A DNA stretch of 64,000 nt from Leptogorgia sarmentosa. Its lineage: Eukaryota. The stretch covers positions 186,001 to 250,000 of the forward strand of contig OZ210886.1 of NCBI GenBank assembly GCA_964658305.1. Reading direction: 5' to 3'. A program made the position numbers and the translations under genes. Of the stretch, positions 25,228 to 37,569 are shown piece after piece (position 1 is the first letter of the stretch; each line of letters starts with the position of its first letter). The notes beneath the pieces were generated by a model. That model saw only the letters and a list, made by a program, of their open reading frames with translations, ran no database searches and was not told where the DNA came from.

Positions 25228-25444
25228 AAAATTCTCATACACTGACGCCACATGTACAGGCCCAGCATGTGTGACTAATACATTTCTGTTAAAAGAGGAA
25301 AGACTCGAAGCTACGATGTCAAAACCATATAAAACCAGGAAAGTACATGTTATTCGAAAGATCTTACCATTAGATATTAAAGTCGGCTGTGCCTGTGGAA
25401 TTAAATTTAGACGAGGTATATCAGCTATAGTCCACTGGTTATAA
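25228..25444 (+). pseudogene. Orphan terminal exon of a cystine-knot (IL-17/trunk-like) protein; possibly a pseudogene
   Basis: After the acceptor ttcttcag the frame reads KFSYTDATCTGPACVTNTFLLKEERLEATMSKPYKTRKVHVIRKILPLDIKVGCACGIKFRRGISAIVHWL*. It has a C-x4-C motif and a terminal VGCxC. The nearest candidate upstream exon carries stops. Confidence 0.4.
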
Positions 25445-26079
25445 CAATATCTTCTTCGTAGTTGTTAAACCATTGACTTTGTCAAGCATAAACGATTTTG
25501 CTGAATGGTAAAATGACCAATCCTTGATGGTGCCTGACGTCATGTTTACCATATATTTACAATTTATTCAATATCACTATACTGCCCAGTTGCACATACA
25601 AACCTGCATGCTCGATCTATCACGACATATTCAATATTCATGCATGTTGAGCACTTGTGATATACATAAAGTTTGCTAGTGTTTATGTATGCACAACAGT
25701 CTGTTTTCCACACTTGATTATAAACGGGTATCAATGTCAGTTTTCTATCTTGGTTGACTAACAAAACAAGGCAGTCAAGTTTTAATAGAACGGTTCATTA
25801 TGTGCGAATAATTTCTGCGACAGGAACATATATATAGGTATAATATTTCAGCACACACATGGCACATACTCGATCTTACTAACTAGTTAGTATAGATAGT
25901 ATAGATATTAGATAGCTAACATGAGGATAGCTATATATATATAGCTACCATTCCGTTATAGATATAATCAGAAACGGCAACGAAAAATACAATACCAGTT
26001 CATCCAGCGAACTTGCTGCCCTATGATCCGCACGAGCTTAAATCATTTGAGCTACACAGTCTGTGGTATGGTTTTGGGG

Positions 26080-26100
26080 TATATATATATATATATATAT
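26080..26100. repeat. (AT)10 microsatellite
   Basis: Perfect AT dinucleotide run. Confidence 0.9.
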
Positions 26101-27456
26101 TTTCGGCCGGTGCAGTCAGTTCTCGGTCCGTGCACTAGTGTACTTTCACGTTTACTTCATACCGTTTTCCATTATATATAAATATCATAGCTAATTTTTC
26201 CCTGATCGAATGTCAAATTGTGATAAACAATTTCATTTTGATATTTTTGCCTTTTTCAAACACCGAATATGTTTATAATTTACAATTACATCAAGCGTTT
26301 TTTTCAGAACTGTATGTATTTTCCTTCTGTGTAGTGAATTCAAAGTCTAAATAATTCAGTAAAGATTTTTATACCAATTTGAATATTTATACATACTGTA
26401 CGACATAAAAACTGAAATATTATATCATTTATATGTTTGTCAAAACATGTATTACTGCTTTTAACTGATAAAACATTAAGTCGATGAATAATCCGTTCAG
26501 CTATATTGTGATCCCGAAGTTTAGCGTATATGTTGCATCGTTGTGAAACATCAATGGCATATTACAGAATCGTGGCAGCGAATTTGTGGTCACTCATATA
26601 TCGGAATGTCGAGGAAGAAATGTTAAAATTTGTTTCATTCTCTGATGTTGTATAGAAGTCCTCGTTTCCACCAGTTAGCATTTCAAATCTGTTGGGAGTC
26701 ATTTATTATTTGCACTTACTACAACCCTACAATAGACATATATATAGACATATACATGCCTCATTCCCTACATATGACCATGCAAAGCCGTATATATATA
26801 GGATCGAGTAAAACATGGTCAAACTAATCATGCACACCGATTTAGAGCTCAAACACAAGAATCTAATGTGTTCTTGACTGTATTCAACCCAGTTATCCCA
26901 TTAAACTTGTTGAATTAGATATTACCCAGAATACCATAGAAAACTCTCGAACAAAACAAATGTTGAATATTCCAGTTTCAGGACTATGGTATAGCACTGT
27001 GTTTATGGTATGTATGTACATGTAATAAACATATATGTTTATTGGGATAGTCCTAGTCATAATGTAATGATGCAGATGCCACTGACAAAGTGACATTCGA
27101 CTCAGCCATTGTGCAAAGCAAACAATTGGCCACTTGCGTTGCCTCGTGTTCGCGATTCCTCGCTAATCATTGTCACACGAAAACAAACCACATGACAAGC
27201 AGCACAAGGTATTTAACTGGGGTTGACAATATTTGTTGCCATTACACTGATTACAGCGAGTACAAGAGCTTGGCACTAGGCTAGTGAGTCTAGTGAGAGC
27301 AAAGCACTGATCGACATTCGATTATTTGTGAAGCGGTGCCGTGTTCTGAGTATATTTTAGAGGACATTTAGCGAGATATGATATCGACTTGAGTTCAACA
27401 GGGAAATATAGCTGGCATAACAAAGAAATAGTCTGTAAACAATATTCTCTTTCAAT

Positions 27457-28950
27457 ATGAAGCCAAAACAAAACGATGTGAAGTTTAATACGACTGAAAT
27501 GAAATACGAAATTAATCATGATGAATTCGGCAGAATGGACTATCTCGGTGTTAATATGGCGTTCATTTATATTCATGGCAGTTTAATGTTCACGATGAGC
27601 GAAGTGGCAAGAAATCTGTACCCGAATTGGCCTCGAACGACGTTAAATGATCGGGTTAAGCAAATGAAAATGCAATGGTATAAATGTACGCCGAAGGAAA
27701 TAGAGAAAGTTCTTTCTGTCAAAGGTATCGTAAAACTAGGCGTTCATTGTACACTCATCTCAAAGCAAGATCTCGACATGTTTACTAGCGTGTATAAAGT
27801 AGGATCTGCGCCCGGGAAAAGACTACCAGCTAAACGAACACCAGCTAAAGTGTTAAGCAAAGGAAGAAAGCAGCCTAGAAATCAAATTTCGGTGGGCAGC
27901 CAAAACAAGCGTGGTACCAAATTATTGGGGGATCGTAGTATTTGTAACAAACAAAGCCCGGGTAATAATGGCAACAAAGGTAAAACGCGTCTTATTGTTA
28001 AAGACATTAAGTTTGACAACGGCAAGGTACTCGACGGACATGCGGTCAATGAAATCAATAAAGCCATTAGTAAACAATCGCACGTTTTAAAGGCAGGTCA
28101 ACGGCGAGCTGGGTGCAAACAATTGAGCAAAAATATCAAAATACAAGCGAAAGCTGTTGGGAGACCGAAAGGTTCAAAAAAGCGAAATAGTTCAGCTGCG
28201 AGTATAAATGAAAATGAAAAGTACGAATATATTCCGACAAAACGGCATCGTAAAGTGCGCGAAACAAATTCACCGGATAGCGACTGTTTTAGCTATGATA
28301 GCGGAATTTCGTCACTGCAACTTGATGCCCCGTTGCCACGCAAACCTGGACGGAAACCAGGAAGACCAGCAATCCCGAAAAGCCAAAAACAATTGAAGAT
28401 TAAAGAAGTGAAAAAGAAATATATTAACATGAAAGCTAAAAAGGCAAAGCAAACAAATAAGGAACTAGTAGTTGGAAGCAAAAGAAAGGGTGGAATTATA
28501 AAAAGAGGAAGAAAGAGTAAAAAGGGTGAAGGAATAAAAAAAAGAAAAATGGGCAAATACACTTGTCCAAATACCATAACTAAAGATCTTATTATGAAAA
28601 TGGATTTGAAACATATGAATGACAAGGATTTGATCAATTCCCTTTCACCATTATCCTCTCCAGTGACTTCTAACAGTACACCATCTGCAGACCAACCTTA
28701 CCTTGTTAAATTAATGCCAGTAAAACCAGTCTGGCGGGTAAATTCTAGTTTTAAGTTCATTTCTAACTTCCAGTTGCCACCATCTCTTATTGTTCAAGAT
28801 GGCCAACTTACTCCAGCATGCAGCATGATTTGTAGTCGGGGGAGGAAACCACCATCTGCACATCCCATTTGGAAGTGGAAAGTTGGAGAACCAGTCATTA
28901 GCAATAAAACTGTTATCAGTTATCGCATGAAAAAGGTTAAGTGTACTTAG
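27457..28950 (+). CDS. SKIDA1: SKI/DACH domain-containing protein 1-like (single exon, 497 aa)
   Basis: N-terminal Ski/Sno/Dac-like domain (GVNMAFIYIHGSLMFTMSEV..PRTTLNDRV..C..GVHCTLISKQDL). C-terminal FISNFQLPPSLIVQDGQLTPACS..KPPSAHPIWKWKVG matches the SKIDA1/EPOP C-terminal motif. The middle is Lys-rich with GRP motifs. Confidence 0.85.
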   Translation: MKPKQNDVKFNTTEMKYEINHDEFGRMDYLGVNMAFIYIHGSLMFTMSEVARNLYPNWPRTTLNDRVKQMKMQWYKCTPKEIEKVLSVKGIVKLGVHCTLISKQDLDMFTSVYKVGSAPGKRLPAKRTPAKVLSKGRKQPRNQISVGSQNKRGTKLLGDRSICNKQSPGNNGNKGKTRLIVKDIKFDNGKVLDGHAVNEINKAISKQSHVLKAGQRRAGCKQLSKNIKIQAKAVGRPKGSKKRNSSAASINENEKYEYIPTKRHRKVRETNSPDSDCFSYDSGISSLQLDAPLPRKPGRKPGRPAIPKSQKQLKIKEVKKKYINMKAKKAKQTNKELVVGSKRKGGIIKRGRKSKKGEGIKKRKMGKYTCPNTITKDLIMKMDLKHMNDKDLINSLSPLSSPVTSNSTPSADQPYLVKLMPVKPVWRVNSSFKFISNFQLPPSLIVQDGQLTPACSMICSRGRKPPSAHPIWKWKVGEPVISNKTVISYRMKKVKCT

Positions 28951-29313
28951 AATGGTCAACTGACTAAGGCAGTTTGATTTTTAGTTACCATTTATGACAT
29001 TTCATCACATACTGGATGATGCAGTTCTCAGTGGTGTAACATTGAACTTTATTTCATACCATGCTTTTTTTGTTTATTCTTTTATTAAAGCCACTAGAAC
29101 CTGATCTTTATATATGTTGATCAGGGATGTTGAGTGTAGGTCATTGGTGTAGGTATTTTTAGATGAAAAAACGTTTGTAATACTAACATGAACGCGGTAT
29201 TCAATATATACGTTATATACATATGATGCTGTAAATATTTTTATAACGCCACAATAGCATACGTCAATTACTGTGGCATGTGGGGCCTTCTCTTTACTCC
29301 TTACCCACCCCTA

Positions 29314-29577
29314 CAGGGACTGCGGAGCAGGGTGGCTCACTGGGCTTTAGCCCCACCAATGATTTTTCCGCAGATAGTAGTTGTAGTTCTCATATATTTT
29401 AGTTGGCTCAAAAAAAGTGTCTACTATTTCCCCGATCAGCGTTAAATTTAGAAGCATTTGCAGCGATTTCACCGGCGTAAATTTCTCTGGCCATGCCCCC
29501 AAACAGCCCGATGGCTATGTCATACCTTCCGCGCTCGCATAACCGTCACCAATCCCCAAAATTCTCCGCGGTCCCTG
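29314..29577. mobile_element. MITE with CAGGGAC termini and 5-bp TSD
   Basis: TIR cagggactgcggag / ctccgcggtccctg (13 of 14). CCCTA at 29309-29313 and 29578-29582. Same right end as the 24412-24826 element. Confidence 0.7.
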
Positions 29578-29589
29578 CCCTAGCTATCA

Positions 29590-29875
29590 AGTCCTCACTG
29601 AGTATCGAACCTGCGTCAGTCCTGGTTGAACGAAATTTGCAGTGGATAGGCTGATCGATTATTAGAGACGGAGCCCCTACGGTGCGGGGGGGGGCATGCT
29701 CGAACAGGCCCTCAGAAACATTTTAAGACATTGTAAAGATCGGATTACGCGGGAAGCGGCAAAATTTGGGAGGGCTAAAGCTCCCCAGGTTCCCATCTCT
29801 CGCCCGGCCTGTGCGCCGCTTACAGGTGAAAGGCACGTGCTCCAACCGTCCTAACCACTTGGCCACTGAAACCCC
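29590..29875 (-). mobile_element. tRNA-derived SINE head split by an internal insertion
   Basis: On the minus strand, an A-box-like GTGGCCAAGTGGTTA (29866-29852) is followed by gcctttcacctg. A B-box-like GGTTCGATACT sits at 29611-29601. They are separated by ~200 bp of GC-rich MITE-like sequence. Confidence 0.45.
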
Positions 29876-30139
29876 TAAAAAATTATGCTGAATGAAAACT
29901 AACACATCACCCCACTTCCCTATGAAATATACTCCTGATTGACGATTACGTCCACGAATAATTAAACAAGTGAGAGCAGGGCGTATCTTGTAATTGTGCT
30001 GTATTGAGTTTTATGCTGTTAAAGTTTACTTTCCGTTTCACTTTTTGGTCTAAATATCCCAAAAAATATTCCAATGAAAAAATGTGGGGTTGACAACGAG
30101 GTTGGGAACACATTTTCAGCACTGATTCATTATCATGTA

Positions 30140-30152
30140 GTTGCTTAGCAAC
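30140..30152 (+). promoter_or_regulatory. RFX X-box
   Basis: Palindromic GTTGCTTAGCAAC, 30 bp upstream of the ATG at 30183 (context caaagATGGCG). Confidence 0.6.
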
Positions 30153-30182
30153 AATGCCAATGACAACAAAAAGAAGTCAAAG

Positions 30183-33100
30183 ATGGCGGACTGTGCAAGA
30201 AATACTGCAACAAATACAAGTATTTATGACCGTGATATTAGCTCAAGCAAAATAAGAATGTTGATTTCTCCTCTATCTGATGACTATAGGTGAGCTCATT
30301 GCTCGAGAAATTGTAAAATTGGAAATTAGCTTTAAAAATTCAGCATGAACATGTTGTATTATTAAATATGTATATATATTTATATCGATAATGGATTAAC
30401 TGATCATATGATCATATTAACTAATGATCGTACTGATCATTAGACCTGGGAAACATTCACATTTGCTTGATAATCTTTGTGTGCAACTACTGAGTTTTAA
30501 TACTATTTAAAGATGACAACAAACGCAATGCAATGTTGCATACATATAGCACAAAGTCGTCAGTCAAATTAAATATCAAAAATCTCCAACCCTGAGATGA
30601 CCTAATTAGTTTTTTTCAGTGAATAATCTGTCTGTCGTTTAATAAGTTACTAGTTTGTCGCTGACTTTAATATGCATATTAAAAAACTACAATAAACATC
30701 AAACACTGTTTTTAAGCATCAATAATGCAATTTGAAAAATGTACCAGCAAAATTGCCTAATTGTGCACCAATGGTGCAAAAAGTTTTTGCTCATGAGATG
30801 TTTTTTTGTGTTTATATTTAGTCCATCAATCTCAGACAAGACAAGGGCTGGTTATTTTTCTCAAGATTGTGCATCCCAAACAGAAAAATCTGACCTTGTC
30901 AATTTGAAGGAAGTAACCCATATGGTGGGAATACTTGTGCAGGTAAAATTGTACAAGTGTATAATTTACTTAATATTGACTACATGACATTGAGGTTTCA
31001 TTTTAGGCTCTCCATCACAGGTACATGATAAGAGTAATTCCCATGTTTGAATACCCACTCTTGTGCTTTAAAGCTTGTCACTACTGTACATTTGTCCAGT
31101 TTAATACAAACAATAGAGGTTATTGTTCTACCTACTGTGTATATAAGTGATAACCTATTACTGAATGTAGGATTTGTCCACTTTGAAAAAAAGTCTGTAC
31201 TATGCAAGACATGTCCTGGAAGCTGATTATAAAAACAAACTGGAAGAGAAAGGTCTTGATTTGTAAGTTCATCCAAAAATATTACCGTATTTAAAAAGCG
31301 CATTTCCAATGCGCTTTCTAATTTTGTTAGTTATACTCACAACCTCAGCTAAAAATTGTTGAATTGGATAAAAATTTTCAACAATTTATTTCATGGTAAC
31401 TTGTAGATTATCAAACAGCAGGAGGGGTTTTACTTACCACCTGAACGATACAAATAATTCCCGACGAAGGGCGCTCAGAACGTCGAATCTTATTTTATCG
31501 TTTAGGAATTAGGTAGTGAGTAGAATTGGTGAACCCTTGCAGTTGCTGCTGTTTGCTGTTGTGATCCGCTACCTACATGCTGCCCACGTTTGCCAAATTT
31601 CAATTCGTAACGTGTAGATTATTCCCTATATTTTGCGAATAAACCGTATTGCAACTTGGTTATTGTTACAGCAAGAACTTTTTTCAGGTATTGTCGCGTT
31701 AATGACAGGATTCTTGATTTGGAAAAAATGCACGAGGAGGTAATTTGACCAGTTTGTTTTGACATCCATGAAAAATTTCTATACCGAAGAATGAAAATGA
31801 AGAGGCGTTTCGTTGCCATAAATTTTGTGTTCAAAAACCCTCGCAAGTCATTGCCCTAAATTTTATTTAACAATAACATTGTTTTAGCGTGTTCGAACAA
31901 TCAGAAGAAGTTTTAAGCAACAGTTAGCTGATGCTGTTGTGCAAATATCTAATGAAAACGAGGTAGGTTCCATTATTATGAGGTAAAGGGTTATGAAGCG
32001 GTTTTTTCACGCTTTCTCCCTTTCGTTCATGTTAACGGGTTGCGTTTTTTTTGTTTTCTGCATGCGAGTGCGTATCAATATAATATTACTATACTTCTGT
32101 CTGAATGTTTCAACAACATTGTAGAGAATTACAATGGATCGGTTAGAAAAACGTGAGAGGTTGGCAGAGAAGAAACGAAATGAAGAACTCTTAAAGAATG
32201 AAAGAGGTAAAGCTGCCCAGCAGCAAGAAGCGTTGCTAATGATGATGAAGATGCAGCTACAAGAACAACAGGAAAGAGCGGAGAGAGAATTGGAAGAGGC
32301 ATTAATGGAAAGGTTTGTTCCCTCGCCTGTCGAGTCAAACAGCGCGGAAAGAGATCTCATCTCACAGATCACTGAGTTAGAAGGTAAACTTGATGACATG
32401 GACTCAGTTTTGGAGGACATGAAGGTCGAAAATAAACAATTAGGTAAGTGACGTCATTACGGTCAAAAAACATTTGACACACGAATTTTGCTAAAGATGT
32501 ACACATGAAAAATGTATGTGCATTGTGCACATGAAAAATCCAACACTTCTTGTCAGGTTAAAGTTGATTGGGGTGGGATTTGAGTCTCCCATGTGCAACT
32601 TAACCTAAACATAAAACATGTTTATTGTGATAAATTACAATTTCTTTTCATAGTGCGAGAAGTTGACGATCTTTCAGAACAACTGGATCAAGAACGAGCG
32701 ATCGCTGATGAAGTAAGTATCTTTGCAAGATTAGTCGAGAGTTTCATTTTCGTCTGGTTATTGATGTTTTTTTTATCCTCAAGATGTCAAGTATATACAA
32801 TAGCTTAAAGTATGTAATTTTGAATTTTTACCAGACGAGTGGCTGTGTTGTATTGGATACACAATCACCAACTCTTAATATTAATAAATTTGTATTCAAA
32901 CTGGTCACAAATACTCTTTGTTGAATAACTAGCACACATGATACAAATGAGTATACACGTGACATTATATTTCCATTTTGGTTGTATTCAAATTTCTTCA
33001 ACTATTTATGGTTTTTCACAATTATAGTTAAAACAAGATATCGCTAAAGCAAACAGCGAACTAGAACGAGAACGATACGAGTCAAGAAGACTGGTAAGAT

Positions 33101-34237
33101 GACTTTAATTATATATCTTTTCGAAAATTCATTTGCACATGTAGTCTTAGCCGCGCTGGCTCCTTTTCAATATTCGTGAATCGTGAGCCGACTAATGCCA
33201 ATAGCGTTTTTGTGTTTGCCCGAGAAAACTCGGCTCCAGGATCGATAAGAAAGGCGAAAGACATACGTCATGTGGCCCAGTCTGTATTGGTTACAATTTC
33301 TTTCTTCATTGTATAACCTTTCTACTTTGAACTGAAGTTATTTTCGCACGTGTAGCTAGAAAAACAGAAGCATGACCTGGAAAGAAACTTTGACAACCGA
33401 ATTAGACAAATGGAGGAAGATGTAAGTTTGAGCAGAAACGTCACATTTTAACTATTCTTGTTCGTAGTTTATAACTGGGTAGTTCTAAATAACCACCTGT
33501 AGTTTTCTCAGGAAACGGAACCTTTCTTAGAAAGCTACGGTCAGGTGTGGTGTGGCCAACCGACAACATTTTTGCAAATTGTTTATTATTTTTATTGAAC
33601 CCTCTTATGTTGAATATCAGTGACACCACTAAAACCACAACGGAGCGCCCTCCAAGTTTCTAACAAAGGGAGTTGTCTATAATGTACGTTAGACTGGGAG
33701 CCTCGTCTCATCACTCGCCTGCCATTAACTTTGCGTCACTTACTGATGAAAGCGAGGCTTTCAGCCAAAAACACTAATTACCGAAAAGGTATATTGATGT
33801 AGCCTTCATATACAAGGAATGCGATGTTTCAAAGATACGTGACTTTTTTTCTTATAGATGACTGCTAACTCTCAAAAACAAATTGATGAATATAAATCAA
33901 AACAGATGTCAAAATACAATGCACGAGAGCTTGAAAATAAACGTTTGTTGGATGAAGCTTTGAGAAAAAAACAGGTACTCTAGGCTTGTCTAGCAGTCAA
34001 TAGACCTTACTGTTTATTGCATTTTAGCCAATCACCTCGTTTTCATGTTTGCTTTATTTTCTGAACGACGGAAGTGACGTCATATTGCAGTTGTTATCTG
34101 TTTTAGGAGCAAGAAGTAATTCCTGATTCTGACAAGGATGCAATGATAAGAAAATTACAGAAAATAGAAATCAGACTAAATGCGGAACTTGCAAAGTATG
34201 TATATGGAGCATTTTTTCTGGAAGTTGCAACTATATA

Positions 34238-34272
<35 letters not shown>

Positions 34273-35997
34273 TCCCTTTTTTCATAAAATCATAAAGTTG
34301 GCCCTTTCGCTCATAACGTCAATATTTATTTGTAGCCTACGAAAAGAATTCGAACGTGCAAACAAGACATGGGAGATGAAAGTCACCGTTCTAAAACAAA
34401 GGTGCAAAAAAGTCAAATATTATTGATATGAAGTATCCCACTGATATTAGTCGAAAAATTTTGGCGAACAATGGAATTTTTCAACTAGTTCGTTGGCGTT
34501 ACTAAATACGTGCTTTTCGTTATGTGAAAATCTTTTCTCAAAGTACATCAGCACTTAACAAGACGCGGGCGCCATGGATGAAAACACAAAGCATGCTTAG
34601 GTGTGGCAATAAAATATGCTCAGTTTTCCCTCTTTATTCTTTGTAGTATACATGCACTTAAAGACGAGGCATTTTTGCGAGCAACCTTACAAAAACAAGC
34701 CGCAAGATTACACCATGCTTCTGTTACATACGCGGTAAGTAGAGCCATTAAGGTTTGTACAGTTACAATATGTACATGTGTCTTCATATTTCCCCTTTCC
34801 GAAGTTCTGACTGGTGCAGAATTCATCTTCTATGGAATTGTGGGGCTGAATTTGGAACACGGGAAAAATGTGCAAATGTTATGATTTCCTAAAACATTTT
34901 TGTAGAGCGATGGACCATTAATTATTCCTCGAGATCCTCCACCTCCGATAAATCAGAGATTTCGGGCGATTGTGAGTATCAGAAAACTGTTTGGTTCTGC
35001 ATTTTGTCATTAATAAGTGAAAACGTGTGTTTGAAATGACTGAAAATATTTTATCATCAAAATTAATGGCTTGTATTTGCAGTGTTATTACCATGTTTCT
35101 ACAATCCTGCAACGTTTTTCGTTTTATTTAGCCTCCTCGTTTCCTTGAAGAAAATACAAGGGGTGTACAAGGTTAGTGCGTTGTACTTTACTATATACCA
35201 TTGTTCTCGTATAGTCACCGCGGTCTCGGAACTTGTGATGATCCAAAAAATCCTCAACCTTCTATCTTATGTTGAATAATAGATATACGATCACCAGATG
35301 GCCGTAACAAAGAAAGATCTGATCTTTTGAGGTTAGTCAGTTTTCCTTGAACCCACCGTAGACAGATATATAGAGAGGATATATAAAAATCAGCATGTAT
35401 AACTGATGAATTCATGAGAAAAAGGTTTTAAGGTCACTTTACAAAAATGCACTGCAGATTACATATCAAAACGAAATTCATAAAAGTGTTAGAATATACC
35501 TCCTTGTCTGTTGTAAATGCAGAGAAAACTACTGTATGTTCTGATCGTAGCACTAATAGTTATTATTAATACTCTGACAGATCTATTTCTAAATATTAAA
35601 ATATTTAATGAGACCTAAGTTTTATACAGATCGTTATGTTTCTGAACTTTATGTCGGTTTACAAATGTATACATGTGATTGGAATACTGCATTGCGATTT
35701 TAGGTATGCGCATTATTCATGAATTTTACAATTTATCTCTGAAGTACCAGTCGAGCTAATTTAACTTTAGAGCCAGTAGGCAGTTAAGATTTGTTAAATA
35801 TACATCCATTTGTTGGGTTAAATTTTTCAAATAAAGGTTTGCGCATGCGTTGAAAAATGTCTTACATTTTGTCCGTTTATTTTAGACTGTACCCCACACC
35901 TTGTGCACCAATAAACTCAGTTAACGCTGAAACGCCTTCAACTGCATCGCAGCAACAAAGCTCTGATAGGACACGTCAAATAAATGTTAAAACATAG
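30183..35997 (+). CDS. C10orf67-like coiled-coil protein (DUF4709-like N-terminus), ~17 exons
   Basis: Phase-consistent exons 30183-30289, 30822-30942, 31171-31262, 31688-31739, 31888-31962, 32125-32443, then several small exons to 35886-35997. The N-terminus PSISDKTRAGYFSQDCASQTE..ADYKNKLEEKGLDLYCRVNDRILDLEKMHEERVRTIRRSFKQQLADAV resembles C10orf67. It continues through a long E/K/Q coiled coil and SIHALKDEAFLRATLQKQ. Confidence 0.78.
31455..31530 (+). repeat. Penelope-like repeat fragment with degenerate hammerhead motif
   Basis: taattc ccgacga agggcgctca gaacgtc gaatcttattttatcgtttagg...gagtagaattg is shared with 38951-39020. Confidence 0.5.
34242..34270. repeat. (TA)14 microsatellite in an intron
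   Basis: Perfect TA run. Confidence 0.9.
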
Positions 35998-37569
35998 CAT
36001 TATTGAAAACGATGGACATTATTTATTTTTATATTTTGTAAATTTGTTCTCATAAGGGAATTATTATTTTAAATTAATAAATGTATATTGAAATTGTGTC
36101 GTAGTTTGCCGTTAGCACTTTTAATTTTAATTGCGCTCCATATACAATAGTTTTTAGTCCATTTTTGTATAGCTTTATTTTGAAAACTTTGGCAAAAAAC
36201 GAATTGCGTGGATTTGAAATCTACATCAAGTTCTTTCAATGCACAATTCCCATCATTGAGAGTGATAAATGATGAGTTAAAAAATGTTCAAGGCTTAGAC
36301 AACTTTTTTTGAATTGGCTGTATACTGATCTCCGCGTTCTATTCATTTTTGGGTATGTATAATAGTCAAGTACAAATTTCTGTCAGTGCGCAAATATTCT
36401 TGTGTGCGTCGATTTAATCATTACTTGCTCATGATCAGGTAAATAATGGACGCATGGTCTTCACAAAAATAGATTTTCCGCTTTTATATATATAGATATT
36501 GTATATTTAGTTATTTATATATTTATATCCTCATCTTAAACAAAGATAGAAATAGGATGAACTTCATTAATGAGCTGTTTTGAAGCAAATACATCCATAT
36601 TAGGACCACGTAAAATTTTGGAAGACGCCATCATGTAGGTGCTGACAACATGGGTATAATTATCAGCCAGGTTGAAATATTATTATTATGTCAAGGATAT
36701 ATAGACGCTTTTTTATCCTGTTAATCTTGCAGTTCATGTATTTTCGCAAATTTGATTGCAATGTATCGCGAGGGAAACTTTTGTCCACAATAGAGAGCGA
36801 ACGTAAATATATAATGTCTGAACATGTTTATTTTTGGATGATAACGTTGTTTTTCAAGATAGACTAGAAATTACAAAGTATATTACCCTGCATGAGAGAA
36901 ACATTTGATCCGCTGTACATATAGTTCAGCCTCTTAGCCATGGTGTACAACAAGCTGTAATCTTTAATTATATTGGTGCGTTGCAGTGGTGCATAGCTAC
37001 TGGAATTTTCCAGAAAGTAGATTTCTCTGGAAAATTGTACTTTAGGTGGTCGCCATTGTCTTCATTTGTCAATAAGATGAATATTCTGGAATCATTTTAA
37101 GTTGCGCAGGAAGAATGTGGCATTATTATCTTATTGTAGTGTTACACTAAATTACTTTTTAATTAATTGCTTCTGGAAATTTTAAAACCCCACGAATTCG
37201 CTGTGAAGGTTTGCAATCTATTTAATTAAAAAGTGTTGCATTCCAGTTGGTTGCAGTTTGCGAAAGCATTATTAGGTAAAACAAACCCTAGCTATTTATT
37301 GTGTATGAATTTCACTCGATACAGCTATGAGAGCATCTTAAAGACGAAATTCCGAGTACAGTTGGTATGCATGATTCGACATTTTCAGCATTCCCATCGG
37401 GCCTTTTTTTTTTGCACTGGGAAATAGTCATTTTCTGCATAGAAAAGATCACTTTTCAATATACTATCCGTGGTACACACATGACATTGTTCCGTCGTTT
37501 CTGTTCAACACATTCATGCACTCCACAAACCGGCACATTGCATGTTTCCGTTATGTTTAATAGTATACA

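Noticed and set aside
28293..28637. Hydrophobic 114-aa minus-strand ORF resembling a membrane protein
   Set aside because: It is the antisense of the Lys-rich SKIDA1 codons (AAA read as TTT).
29590..29875. Functional tRNA gene
   Set aside because: The A- and B-boxes are far apart and I could not build a cloverleaf or acceptor stem. It fits a disrupted SINE better.
30998..32420. Minus-strand ORFs of 103 aa and 137 aa
   Set aside because: They are antisense shadows of C10orf67-like exons.
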